DNA from: Mytilus trossulus
Lineage: Eukaryota
Direction: 5' to 3'
NCBI RefSeq assembly: GCF_036588685.1
Contig: NC_086381.1
Location: forward strand, 27,776,001-27,840,000
DNA length: 64,000 nt
A model generated the notes under the pieces. The model searched no databases, was not told the origin of the DNA, and saw nothing but the letters and a program-made list of their open reading frames with translations. The translations under genes were made by a program, and so were the position numbers. Position 1 is the first letter of the stretch. Every line of letters begins with the position of its first letter. This document shows positions 16,140 through 35,282 of this stretch, one piece after another.

Positions 16140-16416
16140 TTTTGACAGATGTATACTCTCTGAAATGTAATCAGTGAATGATGGCCGTAAATAAAAATTT
16201 CTATTTATACTCGGCAAAACGGATTGAAAGTTTTTACTTAACGCGAACTTCGGAGAGAGCACCTTCTAACATTCAACCTAACTACCTGGAAGAAGCGATG
16301 ATTTGATTGGTTTAGAACTGAAACATCTTTCAATCCGTTTTGCGGGTATAAATAGTAAAATACCACCTAACGGGGTAATCATTGTTTATACTTGTTCAAG
16401 TCAAACAACGTATTAA

Positions 16417-16800
<384 letters not shown>

Positions 16801-18145
16801 AGTCAACACTACAGAAACTTCACTTACAACGGCCCTTTTCAGGGCCACCAACATTTTTCAAAAAGAATCTGACTTTGTTGTGCAATCTCAAACATAGCTC
16901 ACTCCCTCCATTTCTCTTGTCTTTATCTCTTTATTTTTCCTTTTCTTTATAAACAGCATACAGATGTCTACTTTCTTATTATATATATAACAATATTTGA
17001 TGTGGAAAAAAAATGAAGAACAGTACGAGTTTCTTTTTTTCCCCTATAAAAGTCCAAGAAAATAAACAACTATATATAAACGTAGATTCGATGAAAATGC
17101 GCAAGCACGAGAGGAAGAAAAACTCATAGTTGTTAGTGGTCAATATTGCATATATTTTTGGTGTAAATTTAGTTGCAGTCCTATATATTATACTATATAA
17201 GCACACACATTACAATCTATGACCTTATTTTTATATAATATATATTCGTTCGTTCGTTCGTTCGTTCGTTCGTTCGTTCGTTCGTTCGTTCGTTCGTTCG
17301 TTGTCTGTCTAACTGTGATCTATGTGAATTCTTTTCTTCCTCTTCTGCTGTCACATTCTCTTAGATATATAATATATATTTTGTATTCCTATACAAAGTA
17401 CTTATGCGTATGTTTATAGTTGTGTAGATTATTTTTTAGCTCAAATCCTTTGTATTTGCAAAATTCGTATATAAACAATAAAGAATACTTCAACAATGTG
17501 CAAGTTTCCCAGTATGCGTGCAGTATACTATATAGAGAATATCATGGCTTTACATGATACAGAGACTAGAGAATACAGACACTGTATAGCTAGAGAGAAC
17601 ACAAAGACTATAGAGAGGATAAAAAGTGTTCTCTTTGTTTTAAGACACTGAGACGAGTGACAATTGTGTACTATAGTAAGCATGTCTATACGAGAAACTG
17701 GCTACACACACTAAGAAAACGGCTGCATTTCTATACCACTGGCTATTGATGAAAATGGATGGATGATGTTTTTTTTTCTCTTTTTCTTCTTCTATTTTGC
17801 TCTTTAATTTACATTTCCTGTCAATTATTAATTTCGTGTCAGACTGTTGATTAAACAATTATTTATTATTTGAATAAAGATTATTATTAAGTTCTGCATT
17901 ACTCTTGATTATTATTTTTTTTGGTCTTATGTCAAATTTTCGCTGACACTATCAGAATAGAAACAAATTGTGCCAATTGTTAGCTTGGGGTGAACAATCT
18001 TTAGCTTCAGTCCAAAAAGGGATCGAAAGCTGTGAAAGTAACTTCCAGATCAGTCCAATCATAATACAGAGATTTCAACCAATCAACGTGAGTTTTATTA
18101 CCCCGAAAGGCCAATCAGTGTCGTGTTTGCAAACATTGCGGCTAG

Positions 18146-18631
<486 letters not shown>

Positions 18632-18696
18632 ACTGACCTTTACTCTATACAATAACGGCCCTTTTAAGGGCCACCAATATTTTCCAAAAAGAGTCT

Positions 18697-18796
18697 NNNN
18701 NNNNNNNNNNNNNNNNNNNNNNNNNNNNNNNNNNNNNNNNNNNNNNNNNNNNNNNNNNNNNNNNNNNNNNNNNNNNNNNNNNNNNNNNNNNNNNNN
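18697..18796. other. Assembly gap (100 N)
   Basis: Run of exactly 100 N. Confidence 0.99.
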
Positions 18797-20063
18797 AAGA
18801 AAATCTTTTTATACAGTATTTTTCTTGTTCAAAAGATACAGTTTCAGAGATAGTCCACTGCAGCTCTGCAGGACTTAAGAGAGTAAAAGCAAAACTAATC
18901 TACAGCATACCAGTCAGTTATTTAAGCATGGACAGATAGACTTGTAAATAAAAACAGGTGTGCATGATAATTTTTCTCAAAATCACCTTTACCAGTTTCA
19001 ATAAAGATGTCCCGGGAAATTCACATTTCAAACATGTTATTATTACATGTATACAATCAATGCTCATCTTTTAACAACTAATTAGGAATCTTTCTAAATT
19101 TAGCAGCTACTTTATACATGTAGTCATAGGTTTTTGAAATGTACACAGTGCAGCCTCACTTTTTAAATACCACAATTGGTACATCATTGAATGAATGAAT
19201 TATTGCGCCTTGTCTATTTTTCTCCACCAATGGGAAAAAAAGATTCATCCGCACACATGTTCACATCATTTATAAGGCACATAGAGCACCCAAAATAGAT
19301 GCATTTTAAGCACAAAATAAAGGTATTCAAGAAAAGTTCTTTCTGTAACACACAATTGATGGAGACAAAGTTTTCAATGAGAATTTAAGGTGGACTACTT
19401 GGACCCGTACCGAAAATATATTTCAGAAATATAAAATAATTGAATCTTCTCATGTTGTCACAGTAGAATACACAATATGAGTAAAAATTACATACAAAAA
19501 GCATCTAAAAAATAAGTGAGAAAATAAGACCGAGAAAAATGCAATTTAGAGAAAAATATAACCACAGAAATTAGAAAGAAATACATTTTAATAATTCTGT
19601 AATTAGAAGATGGATTGTATTGTTCTTGGAGTATGTTTTTTCTTACCTTTTTTTTTTTATTTAAATGTATACATGTATGTTAATTTTTTCAGGAGGGTAT
19701 ACCAGAAAATGTATAACATTCTTGTTTTTTCCCGAAGGATTTGGAAGAATTAGATAAATAAAAAATATGTATGTCTCTCTCTCTATTTATCCTTTTATTT
19801 ATTTTCTTTGCATGTTTTGAAATAAGTTTCTCTATATTTTTCTCCTATCAATACAGTAACCTGACTTGTCTAATCTTAAGTGCAAAAAAAAAAGATAATA
19901 AGAAAGAAGAATAAAGAGAGATGTGGAGAGAAAGAAAAATAAAGAAAGATGTGGAGAGGGGGTTTCAGCTATTTTTGATTTTGATGTACAACATATTCAG
20001 ACTCTTTTTGGAAAATATTGGTGGCCCTTAAAAGGGCCGTTATTGTATAGAGTAAAGGTCAGT

Positions 20064-20549
<486 letters not shown>

Positions 20550-21894
20550 CTAGCCGCAATGTTTGCAAACACGACACTGATTGGCCTTTCGGGGTAATAA
20601 AACTCACGTTGATTGGTTGAAATCTCTGTATTATGATTGGACTGATCTGGAAGTTACTTTCACAGCTTTCGATCCCTTTTTGGACTGAAGCTAAAGATTG
20701 TTCACCCCAAGCTAACAATTGGCACAATTTGTTTCTATTCTGATAGTGTCAGCGAAAATTTGACATAAGACCAAAAAAAATAATAATCAAGAGTAATGCA
20801 GAACTTAATAATAATCTTTATTCAAATAATAAATAATTGTTTAATCAACAGTCTGACACGAAATTAATAATTGACAGGAAATGTAAATTAAAGAGCAAAA
20901 TAGAAGAAGAAAAAGAGAAAAAAAAACATCATCCATCCATTTTCATCAATAGCCAGTGGTATAGAAATGCAGCCGTTTTCTTAGTGTGTGTAGCCAGTTT
21001 CTCGTATAGACATGCTTACTATAGTACACAATTGTCACTCGTCTCAGTGTCTTAAAACAAAGAGAACACTTTTTATCCTCTCTATAGTCTTTGTGTTCTC
21101 TCTAGCTATACAGTGTCTGTATTCTCTAGTCTCTGTATCATGTAAAGCCATGATATTCTCTATATAGTATACTGCACGCATACTGGGAAACTTGCACATT
21201 GTTGAAGTATTCTTTATTGTTTATATACGAATTTTGCAAATACAAAGGATTTGAGCTAAAAAATAATCTACACAACTATAAACATACGCATAAGTACTTT
21301 GTATAGGAATACAAAATATATATTATATATCTAAGAGAATGTGACAGCAGAAGAGGAAGAAAAGAATTCACATAGATCACAGTTAGACAGACAACGAACG
21401 AACGAACGAACGAACGAACGAACGAACGAACGAACGAACGAACGAACGAATATATATTATATAAAAATAAGGTCATAGATTGTAATGTGTGTGCTTATAT
21501 AGTATAATATATAGGACTGCAACTAAATTTACACCAAAAATATATGCAATATTGACCACTAACAACTATGAGTTTTTCTTCCTCTCGTGCTTGCGCATTT
21601 TCATCGAATCTACGTTTATATATAGTTGTTTATTTTCTTGGACTTTTATAGGGGAAAAAAAGAAACTCGTACTGTTCTTCATTTTTTTTCCACATCAAAT
21701 ATTGTTATATATATAATAAGAAAGTAGACATCTGTATGCTGTTTATAAAGAAAAGGAAAAATAAAGAGATAAAGACAAGAGAAATGGAGGGAGTGAGCTA
21801 TGTTTGAGATTGCACAACAAAGTCAGATTCTTTTTGAAAAATGTTGGTGGCCCTGAAAAGGGCCGTTGTAAGTGAAGTTTCTGTAGTGTTGACT

Positions 21895-22278
<384 letters not shown>

Positions 22279-22555
22279 TTAATACGTTGTTTGACTTGAA
22301 CAAGTATAAACAATGATTACCCCGTTAGGTGGTATTTTACTATTTATACCCGCAAAACGGATTGAAAGATGTTTCAGTTCTAAACCAATCAAATCATCGC
22401 TTCTTCCAGGTAGTTAGGTTGAATGTTAGAAGGTGCTCTCTCCGAAGTTCGCGTTAAGTAAAAACTTTCAATCCGTTTTGCCGAGTATAAATAGAAATTT
22501 TTATTTACGGCCATCATTCACTGATTACATTTCAGAGAGTATACATCTGTCAAAA

Positions 22556-22930
22556 ATGCCACCAAAAGTTGGAACCAAAGGAGCCAAAAAGGCCGTAACA
22601 AAGGCAAAGACTGCCAGACCCGGCGGTGACAAGAAAAGGAGGAGGAAGAGGAGAGAATCCTATGCCATCTACATCTACAAAGTCTTGAGACAGGTGCACC
22701 CAGACACTGGAGTATCCTCAAAGGCTATGTCTATCATGAACAGTTTTGTCAACGATATCTTTGAGAGAATCGCTGCAGAAGCTTCCCGTCTCGCTCACTA
22801 CAACAAGAGATCTACCATCACATCTCGGGAGATCCAGACTGCAGTTCGTCTGCTCCTACCCGGTGAATTGGCCAAGCACGCTGTCAGTGAAGGTACCAAA
22901 GCCGTCACAAAGTACACCAGCAGCAAGTAA
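22556..22930 (+). CDS. H2B: Histone H2B
   Basis: Identical 124-aa ORF. Confidence 0.99.
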   Translation: MPPKVGTKGAKKAVTKAKTARPGGDKKRRRKRRESYAIYIYKVLRQVHPDTGVSSKAMSIMNSFVNDIFERIAAEASRLAHYNKRSTITSREIQTAVRLLLPGELAKHAVSEGTKAVTKYTSSK

Positions 22931-23684
22931 ACAACGAGAAGTTTAACTTCACAAACGGCCCTTTTCAGGGCCACCAATATTTTTCAAAAAGAGTCTTATT
23001 ATTGTTGTACATAACAAACTTCTAAATGAAGCTGTGTCCCACCCCAAAATGACAAATTTATTTATATCTGAATTCTGTCTTTTTGTCTTTCTTTCTTTCT
23101 TTCTTCTTTTCTCTTCTTTATTCTTCATTTTATTAGCCGATTTGAAAAAATATACATACACCAGAATTTAACCTTTTCACGGGTTATACATTTCTTCCCT
23201 CTTTTTTTGGGGGGGAGGGGGTCTAGAATCGAACTATACTTGAATATGTATTGAAACATTATATAAAAAAATATCACGAACAGATTAAATTCACACATAC
23301 GTCGACAGAGAGAAAAAAGGGGGAGGGGGATTGTTTTAGGATATAAAAACAATATAACTAGAGTTTGACAATGGAGGAAAAATCAGCAATATATCTTTTA
23401 CATAAAAGAATACATATGAAATAAAGAATAAAAATGTTATTTACATTCAAAAATCAGGAATCATATTGTATCCAAAGCCTTGCTGGTCTTTTTTTAATAG
23501 GCTTAAATAAAAATAGTGAAAAGAAATTAAAAAAAATAAACGAATAAAAGAAAAAGGAAAGTAAAGAAAGTTGGACAGGAGAAAGCTATGGTTTTCTTTT
23601 TAAGTACAACAAATGCAGATTCTTTTTGAAAAATGTTGGTGGCCCTGAAAAGGGCCGTTGTATTTGTATTTTTCAGCTGGCTGT

Positions 23685-24050
<366 letters not shown>

Positions 24051-25678
24051 CTATATATCTGATGAACGCGGCCCTAAAAGAAATACCACTGAATTTTTGA
24101 TAGGTTGGACCTGATTGGTTGTTTTCGTCTAAATCGGGGAGGTAACTCTGTAGGAATTCTGTACACTTTCAATCCACTTCTCTGAAAATATGTGAAAATA
24201 AAATATTTCAAACTGTATACAAATAAAAATACAAAGATTATAAGAGATGGACCAAATAACTAATGATCTCCATCATCAATTAATACTTCTTATATTTTCC
24301 AATGTGAAAGAGATTTATTTCCTTTTACTTAAAATACAAGAACATATCACACTGCATACATAAGCAGGAGTTAACAATGTGCAATTGCAATATAAAAACA
24401 ATTAGTTTAAAGAAAATCTTTTTATACAGTATTTTTCTTGTTCAAAAGATACAGTTTCAGAGATAGTCCACTGCAGCTCTGCAGACTTAAGAGAGTAAAA
24501 GCAAAACTAATCTACAGCATACCAGTCAGTTATTTAAGCATGGACAGATAGACTTGTAAATAAAAACAGGTGTGCATGATAATTTTTCTCAAAATCACCT
24601 TTACCAGTTTCAATAAAGATGTCCCGGGAAATTCACATTTCAAACATGTTATTATTACATGTATACAATCAATGCTCATCTTTTAACAACTAATTAGGAA
24701 TCTTTCTAAATTTAGCAGCTACTTTATACATGTAGTCATAGGTTTTTGAAATGTACACAGTGCAGCCTCACTTTTTAAATACCACAATTGGTACATCATT
24801 GAATGAATGAATTATTGCGCCTTGTCTATTTTTCTCCACCAATGGGAAAAAAAGATTCATCCGCACACATGTTCACATCATTTATAAGGCACATAGAGCA
24901 CCCAAAATAGATGCATTTTAAGCACAAAATAAAGGTATTCAAGAAAAAGTTCTTTCTGTAACACACAATTGATGGAGACAAAGTTTTCAATGAGAATTTA
25001 AGGTGGACTACTTGGACCCGTACCGAAAATATATTTCAGAAATATAAAATAATTGAATCTTCTCATGTTGTCACAGTAGAATACACAATATGAGTAAAAA
25101 TTACATACAAAAAGCATCTAAAAAATAAGTGAGAAAATAAGACCGAGAAAAATGCAATTTAGAGAAAAATATAACCACAGAAATTAGAAAGAAATACATT
25201 TTAATAATTCTGTAATTAGAAGATGGATTGTATTGTTCTTGGAGTATGTTTTTTCTTACCTTTTTTTTTTTTATTTAAATGTATACATGTATGTTAATTT
25301 TTTCAGGAGGGTATACCAGAAAATGTATAACATTCTTGTTTTTTCCCGAAGGATTTGGAAGAATTAGATAAATAAAAAATATGTATGTCTCTCTCTCTAT
25401 TTATCCTTTTATTTATTTTCTTTGCATGTTTTGAAATAAGTTTCTCTATATTTTTCTCCTATCAATACAGTAACCTGACTTGTCTAATCTTAAGTGCAAA
25501 AAAAAAAAGATAATAAGAAAGAAGAATAAAGAGAGATGTGGAGAGAAAGAAAAATAAAGAAAGATGTGGAGAGGGGGTTTCAGCTATTTTTGATTTTGAT
25601 GTACAACATATTCAGACTCTTTTTGGAAAATATTGGTGGCCCTTAAAAGGGCCGTTATTGTATAGAGTAAAGGTCAGT

Positions 25679-26164
<486 letters not shown>

Positions 26165-27511
26165 CTAGCCGCAATGTTTGCAAACACGACACTGATTGGC
26201 CTTTCGGGGTAATAAAACTCACGTTGATTGGTTGAAATCTCTGTATTATGATTGGACTGATCTGGAAGTTACTTTCACAGCTTTCGATCCCTTTTTGGAC
26301 TGAAGCTAAAGATTGTTCACCCCAAGCTAACAATTGGCACAATTTGTTTCTATTCTGATAGTGTCAGCGAAAATTTGACATAAGACCAAAAAAAATAATA
26401 ATCAAGAGTAATGCAGAACTTAATAATAATCTTTATTCAAATAATAAATAATTGTTTAATCAACAGTCTGACACGAAATTAATAATTGACAGGAAATGTA
26501 AATTAAAGAGCAAAATAGAAGAAGAAAAAGAGAAAAAAAAACATCATCCATCCATTTTCATCAATAGCCAGTGGTATAGAAATGCAGCCGTTTTCTTAGT
26601 GTGTGTAGCCAGTTTCTCGTATAGACATGCTTACTATAGTACACAATTGTCACTCGTCTCAGTGTCTTAAAACAAAGAGAACACTTTTTATCCTCTCTAT
26701 AGTCTTTGTGTTCTCTCTAGCTATACAGTGTCTGTATTCTCTAGTCTCTGTATCATGTAAAGCCATGATATTCTCTATATAGTATACTGCACGCATACTG
26801 GGAAACTTGCACATTGTTGAAGTATTCTTTATTGTTTATATACGAATTTTGCAAATACAAAGGATTTGAGCTAAAAAATAATCTACACAACTATAAACAT
26901 ACGCATAAGTACTTTGTATAGGAATACAAAATATATATTATATATCTAAGAGAATGTGACAGCAGAAGAGGAAGAAAAGAATTCACATAGATCACAGTTA
27001 GACAGACAACGAACGAACGAACGAACGAACGAACGAACGAACGAACGAACGAACGAACGAACGAATATATATATTATATAAAAATAAGGTCATAGATTGT
27101 AATGTGTGTGCTTATATAGTATAATATATAGGACTGCAACTAAATTTACACCAAAAATATATGCAATATTGACCACTAACAACTATGAGTTTTTCTTCCT
27201 CTCGTGCTTGCGCATTTTCATCGAATCTACGTTTATATATAGTTGTTTATTTTCTTGGACTTTTATAGGGGAAAAAAAGAAACTCGTACTGTTCTTCATT
27301 TTTTTTCCACATCAAATATTGTTATATATATAATAAGAAAGTAGACATCTGTATGCTGTTTATAAAGAAAAGGAAAAATAAAGAGATAAAGACAAGAGAA
27401 ATGGAGGGAGTGAGCTATGTTTGAGATTGCACAACAAAGTCAGATTCTTTTTGAAAAATGTTGGTGGCCCTGAAAAGGGCCGTTGTAAGTGAAGTTTCTG
27501 TAGTGTTGACT

Positions 27512-27895
<384 letters not shown>

Positions 27896-28172
27896 TTAAT
27901 ACGTTGTTTGACTTGAACAAGTATAAACAATGATTACCCCGTTAGGTGGTATTTTACTATTTATACCCGCAAAACGGATTGAAAGATGTTTCAGTTCTAA
28001 ACCAATCAAATCATCGCTTCTTCCAGGTAGTTAGGTTGAATGTTAGAAGGTGCTCTCTCCGAAGTTCGCGTTAAGTAAAAACTTTCAATCCGTTTTGCCG
28101 AGTATAAATAGAAATTTTTATTTACGGCCATCATTCACTGATTACATTTCAGAGAGTATACATCTGTCAAAA

Positions 28173-28547
28173 ATGCCACCAAAAGTTGGAACCAAAGGAG
28201 CCAAAAAGGCCGTAACAAAGGCAAAGACTGCCAGACCCGGCGGTGACAAGAAAAGGAGGAGGAAGAGGAGAGAATCCTATGCCATCTACATCTACAAAGT
28301 CTTGAGACAGGTGCACCCAGACACTGGAGTATCCTCAAAGGCTATGTCTATCATGAACAGTTTTGTCAACGATATCTTTGAGAGAATCGCTGCAGAAGCT
28401 TCCCGTCTCGCTCACTACAACAAGAGATCTACCATCACATCTCGGGAGATCCAGACTGCAGTTCGTCTGCTCCTACCCGGTGAATTGGCCAAGCACGCTG
28501 TCAGTGAAGGTACCAAAGCCGTCACAAAGTACACCAGCAGCAAGTAA
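28173..28547 (+). CDS. H2B: Histone H2B
   Basis: Identical 124-aa ORF. Confidence 0.99.
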   Translation: MPPKVGTKGAKKAVTKAKTARPGGDKKRRRKRRESYAIYIYKVLRQVHPDTGVSSKAMSIMNSFVNDIFERIAAEASRLAHYNKRSTITSREIQTAVRLLLPGELAKHAVSEGTKAVTKYTSSK

Positions 28548-29301
28548 ACAACGAGAAGTTTAACTTCACAAACGGCCCTTTTCAGGGCCACCAATATTTT
28601 TCAAAAAGAGTCTTATTATTGTTGTACATAACAAACTTCTAAATGAAGCTGTGTCCCACCCCAAAATGACAAATTTATTTATATCTGAATTCTGTCTTTT
28701 TGTCTTTCTTTCTTTCTTTCTTCTTTTCTCTTCTTTATTCTTCATTTTATTAGCCGATTTGAAAAAATATACATACACCAGAATTTAACCTTTTCACGGG
28801 TTATACATTTCTTCCCTCTTTTTTTGGGGGGGAGGGGGTCTAGAATCGAACTATACTTGAATATGTATTGAAACATTATATAAAAAAATATCACGAACAG
28901 ATTAAATTCACACATACGTCGACAGAGAGAAAAAAGGGGGAGGGGGATTGTTTTAGGATATAAAAACAATATAACTAGAGTTTGACAATGGAGGAAAAAT
29001 CAGCAATATATCTTTTACATAAAAGAATACATATGAAATAAAGAATAAAAATGTTATTTACATTCAAAAATCAGGAATCATATTGTATCCAAAGCCTTGC
29101 TGGTCTTTTTTTAATAGGCTTAAATAAAAATAGTGAAAAGAAATTAAAAAAAATAAACGAATAAAAGAAAAAGGAAAGTAAAGAAAGTTGGACAGGAGAA
29201 AGCTATGGTTTTCTTTTTAAGTACAACAAATGCAGATTCTTTTTGAAAAATGTTGGTGGCCCTGAAAAGGGCCGTTGTATTTGTATTTTTCAGCTGGCTG
29301 T

Positions 29302-29667
<366 letters not shown>

Positions 29668-31294
29668 CTATATATCTGATGAACGCGGCCCTAAAAGAAA
29701 TACCACTGAATTTTTGATAGGTTGGACCTGATTGGTTGTTTTCGTCTAAATCGGGGAGGTAACTCTGTAGGAATTCTGTACACTTTCAATCCACTTCTCT
29801 GAAAATATGTGAAAATAAAATATTTCAAACTGTATACAAATAAAAATACAAAGATTATAAGAGATGGACCAAATAACTAATGATCTCCATCATCAATTAA
29901 TACTTCTTATATTTTCCAATGTGAAAGAGATTTATTTCCTTTTACTTAAAATACAAGAACATATCACACTGCATACATAAGCAGGAGTTAACAATGTGCA
30001 ATTGCAATATAAAAACAATTAGTTTAAAGAAAATCTTTTTATACAGTATTTTTCTTGTTCAAAAGATACAGTTTCAGAGATAGTCCACTGCAGCTCTGCA
30101 GACTTAAGAGAGTAAAAGCAAAACTAATCTACAGCATACCAGTCAGTTATTTAAGCATGGACAGATAGACTTGTAAATAAAAACAGGTGTGCATGATAAT
30201 TTTTCTCAAAATCACCTTTACCAGTTTCAATAAAGATGTCCCGGGAAATTCACATTTCAAACATGTTATTATTACATGTATACAATCAATGCTCATCTTT
30301 TAACAACTAATTAGGAATCTTTCTAAATTTAGCAGCTACTTTATACATGTAGTCATAGGTTTTTGAAATGTACACAGTGCAGCCTCACTTTTTAAATACC
30401 ACAATTGGTACATCATTGAATGAATGAATTATTGCGCCTTGTCTATTTTTCTCCACCAATGGGAAAAAAAGATTCATCCGCACACATGTTCACATCATTT
30501 ATAAGGCACATAGAGCACCCAAAATAGATGCATTTTAAGCACAAAATAAAGGTATTCAAGAAAAAGTTCTTTCTGTAACACACAATTGATGGAGACAAAG
30601 TTTTCAATGAGAATTTAAGGTGGACTACTTGGACCCGTACCGAAAATATATTTCAGAAATATAAAATAATTGAATCTTCTCATGTTGTCACAGTAGAATA
30701 CACAATATGAGTAAAAATTACATACAAAAAGCATCTAAAAAATAAGTGAGAAAATAAGACCGAGAAAAATGCAATTTAGAGAAAAATATAACCACAGAAA
30801 TTAGAAAGAAATACATTTTAATAATTCTGTAATTAGAAGATGGATTGTATTGTTCTTGGAGTATGTTTTTTTCTTACCTTTTTTTTTTTATTTAAATGTA
30901 TACATGTATGTTAATTTTTTCAGGAGGGTATACCAGAAAATGTATAACATTCTTGTTTTTTCCCGAAGGATTTGGAAGAATTAGATAAATAAAAAATATG
31001 TATGTCTCTCTCTCTATTTATCCTTTTATTTATTTTCTTTGCATGTTTTGAAATAAGTTTCTCTATATTTTTCTCCTATCAATACAGTAACCTGACTTGT
31101 CTAATCTTAAGTGCAAAAAAAAAAGATAATAAGAAAGAAGAATAAAGAGAGATGTGGAGAGAAAGAAAAATAAAGAAAGATGTGGAGAGGGGGTTTCAGC
31201 TATTTTTGATTTTGATGTACAACATATTCAGACTCTTTTTGGAAAATATTGGTGGCCCTTAAAAGGGCCGTTATTGTATAGAGTAAAGGTCAGT

Positions 31295-31780
<486 letters not shown>

Positions 31781-33126
31781 CTAGCCGCAATGTTTGCAAA
31801 CACGACACTGATTGGCCTTTCGGGGTAATAAAACTCACGTTGATTGGTTGAAATCTCTGTATTATGATTGGACTGATCTGGAAGTTACTTTCACAGCTTT
31901 CGATCCCTTTTTGGACTGAAGCTAAAGATTGTTCACCCCAAGCTAACAATTGGCACAATTTGTTTCTATTCTGATAGTGTCAGCGAAAATTTGACATAAG
32001 ACCAAAAAAAATAATAATCAAGAGTAATGCAGAACTTAATAATAATCTTTATTCAAATAATAAATAATTGTTTAATCAACAGTCTGACACGAAATTAATA
32101 ATTGACAGGAAATGTAAATTAAAGAGCAAAATAGAAGAAGAAAAAGAGAAAAAAAAAACATCATCCATCCATTTTCATCAATAGCCAGTGGTATAGAAAT
32201 GCAGCCGTTTTCTTAGTGTGTGTAGCCAGTTTCTCGTATAGACATGCTTACTATAGTACACAATTGTCACTCGTCTCAGTGTCTTAAAACAAAGAGAACA
32301 CTTTTTATCCTCTCTATAGTCTTTGTGTTCTCTCTAGCTATACAGTGTCTGTATTCTCTAGTCTCTGTATCATGTAAAGCCATGATATTCTCTATATAGT
32401 ATACTGCACGCATACTGGGAAACTTGCACATTGTTGAAGTATTCTTTATTGTTTATATACGAATTTTGCAAATACAAAGGATTTGAGCTAAAAAATAATC
32501 TACACAACTATAAACATACGCATAAGTACTTTGTATAGGAATACAAAATATATATTATATATCTAAGAGAATGTGACAGCAGAAGAGGAAGAAAAGAATT
32601 CACATAGATCACAGTTAGACAGACAACGAACGAACGAACGAACGAACGAACGAACGAACGAACGAACGAACGAACGAACGAATATATATTATATAAAAAT
32701 AAGGTCATAGATTGTAATGTGTGTGCTTATATAGTATAATATATAGGACTGCAACTAAATTTACACCAAAAATATATGCAATATTGACCACTAACAACTA
32801 TGAGTTTTTCTTCCTCTCGTGCTTGCGCATTTTCATCGAATCTACGTTTATATATAGTTGTTTATTTTCTTGGACTTTTATAGGGGAAAAAAAGAAACTC
32901 GTACTGTTCTTCATTTTTTTTCCACATCAAATATTGTTATATATATAATAAGAAAGTAGACATCTGTATGCTGTTTATAAAGAAAAGGAAAAATAAAGAG
33001 ATAAAGACAAGAGAAATGGAGGGAGTGAGCTATGTTTGAGATTGCACAACAAAGTCAGATTCTTTTTGAAAAATGTTGGTGGCCCTGAAAAGGGCCGTTG
33101 TAAGTGAAGTTTCTGTAGTGTTGACT

Positions 33127-33510
<384 letters not shown>

Positions 33511-33787
33511 TTAATACGTTGTTTGACTTGAACAAGTATAAACAATGATTACCCCGTTAGGTGGTATTTTACTATTTATACCCGCAAAACGGATTGAAAG
33601 ATGTTTCAGTTCTAAACCAATCAAATCATCGCTTCTTCCAGGTAGTTAGGTTGAATGTTAGAAGGTGCTCTCTCCGAAGTTCGCGTTAAGTAAAAACTTT
33701 CAATCCGTTTTGCCGAGTATAAATAGAAATTTTTATTTACGGCCATCATTCACTGATTACATTTCAGAGAGTATACATCTGTCAAAA

Positions 33788-34162
33788 ATGCCACCAAAAG
33801 TTGGAACCAAAGGAGCCAAAAAGGCCGTAACAAAGGCAAAGACTGCCAGACCCGGCGGTGACAAGAAAAGGAGGAGGAAGAGGAGAGAATCCTATGCCAT
33901 CTACATCTACAAAGTCTTGAGACAGGTGCACCCAGACACTGGAGTATCCTCAAAGGCTATGTCTATCATGAACAGTTTTGTCAACGATATCTTTGAGAGA
34001 ATCGCTGCAGAAGCTTCCCGTCTCGCTCACTACAACAAGAGATCTACCATCACATCTCGGGAGATCCAGACTGCAGTTCGTCTGCTCCTACCCGGTGAAT
34101 TGGCCAAGCACGCTGTCAGTGAAGGTACCAAAGCCGTCACAAAGTACACCAGCAGCAAGTAA
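33788..34162 (+). CDS. H2B: Histone H2B
   Basis: Identical 124-aa ORF. Confidence 0.99.
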   Translation: MPPKVGTKGAKKAVTKAKTARPGGDKKRRRKRRESYAIYIYKVLRQVHPDTGVSSKAMSIMNSFVNDIFERIAAEASRLAHYNKRSTITSREIQTAVRLLLPGELAKHAVSEGTKAVTKYTSSK

Positions 34163-34916
34163 ACAACGAGAAGTTTAACTTCACAAACGGCCCTTTTCAG
34201 GGCCACCAATATTTTTCAAAAAGAGTCTTATTATTGTTGTACATAACAAACTTCTAAATGAAGCTGTGTCCCACCCCAAAATGACAAATTTATTTATATC
34301 TGAATTCTGTCTTTTTGTCTTTCTTTCTTTCTTTCTTCTTTTCTCTTCTTTATTCTTCATTTTATTAGCCGATTTGAAAAAATATACATACACCAGAATT
34401 TAACCTTTTCACGGGTTATACATTTCTTCCCTCTTTTTTTGGGGGGGAGGGGGTCTAGAATCGAACTATACTTGAATATGTATTGAAACATTATATAAAA
34501 AAATATCACGAACAGATTAAATTCACACATACGTCGACAGAGAGAAAAAAGGGGGAGGGGGATTGTTTTAGGATATAAAAACAATATAACTAGAGTTTGA
34601 CAATGGAGGAAAAATCAGCAATATATCTTTTACATAAAAGAATACATATGAAATAAAGAATAAAAATGTTATTTACATTCAAAAATCAGGAATCATATTG
34701 TATCCAAAGCCTTGCTGGTCTTTTTTTAATAGGCTTAAATAAAAATAGTGAAAAGAAATTAAAAAAAATAAACGAATAAAAGAAAAAGGAAAGTAAAGAA
34801 AGTTGGACAGGAGAAAGCTATGGTTTTCTTTTTAAGTACAACAAATGCAGATTCTTTTTGAAAAATGTTGGTGGCCCTGAAAAGGGCCGTTGTATTTGTA
34901 TTTTTCAGCTGGCTGT

Positions 34917-35282
<366 letters not shown>
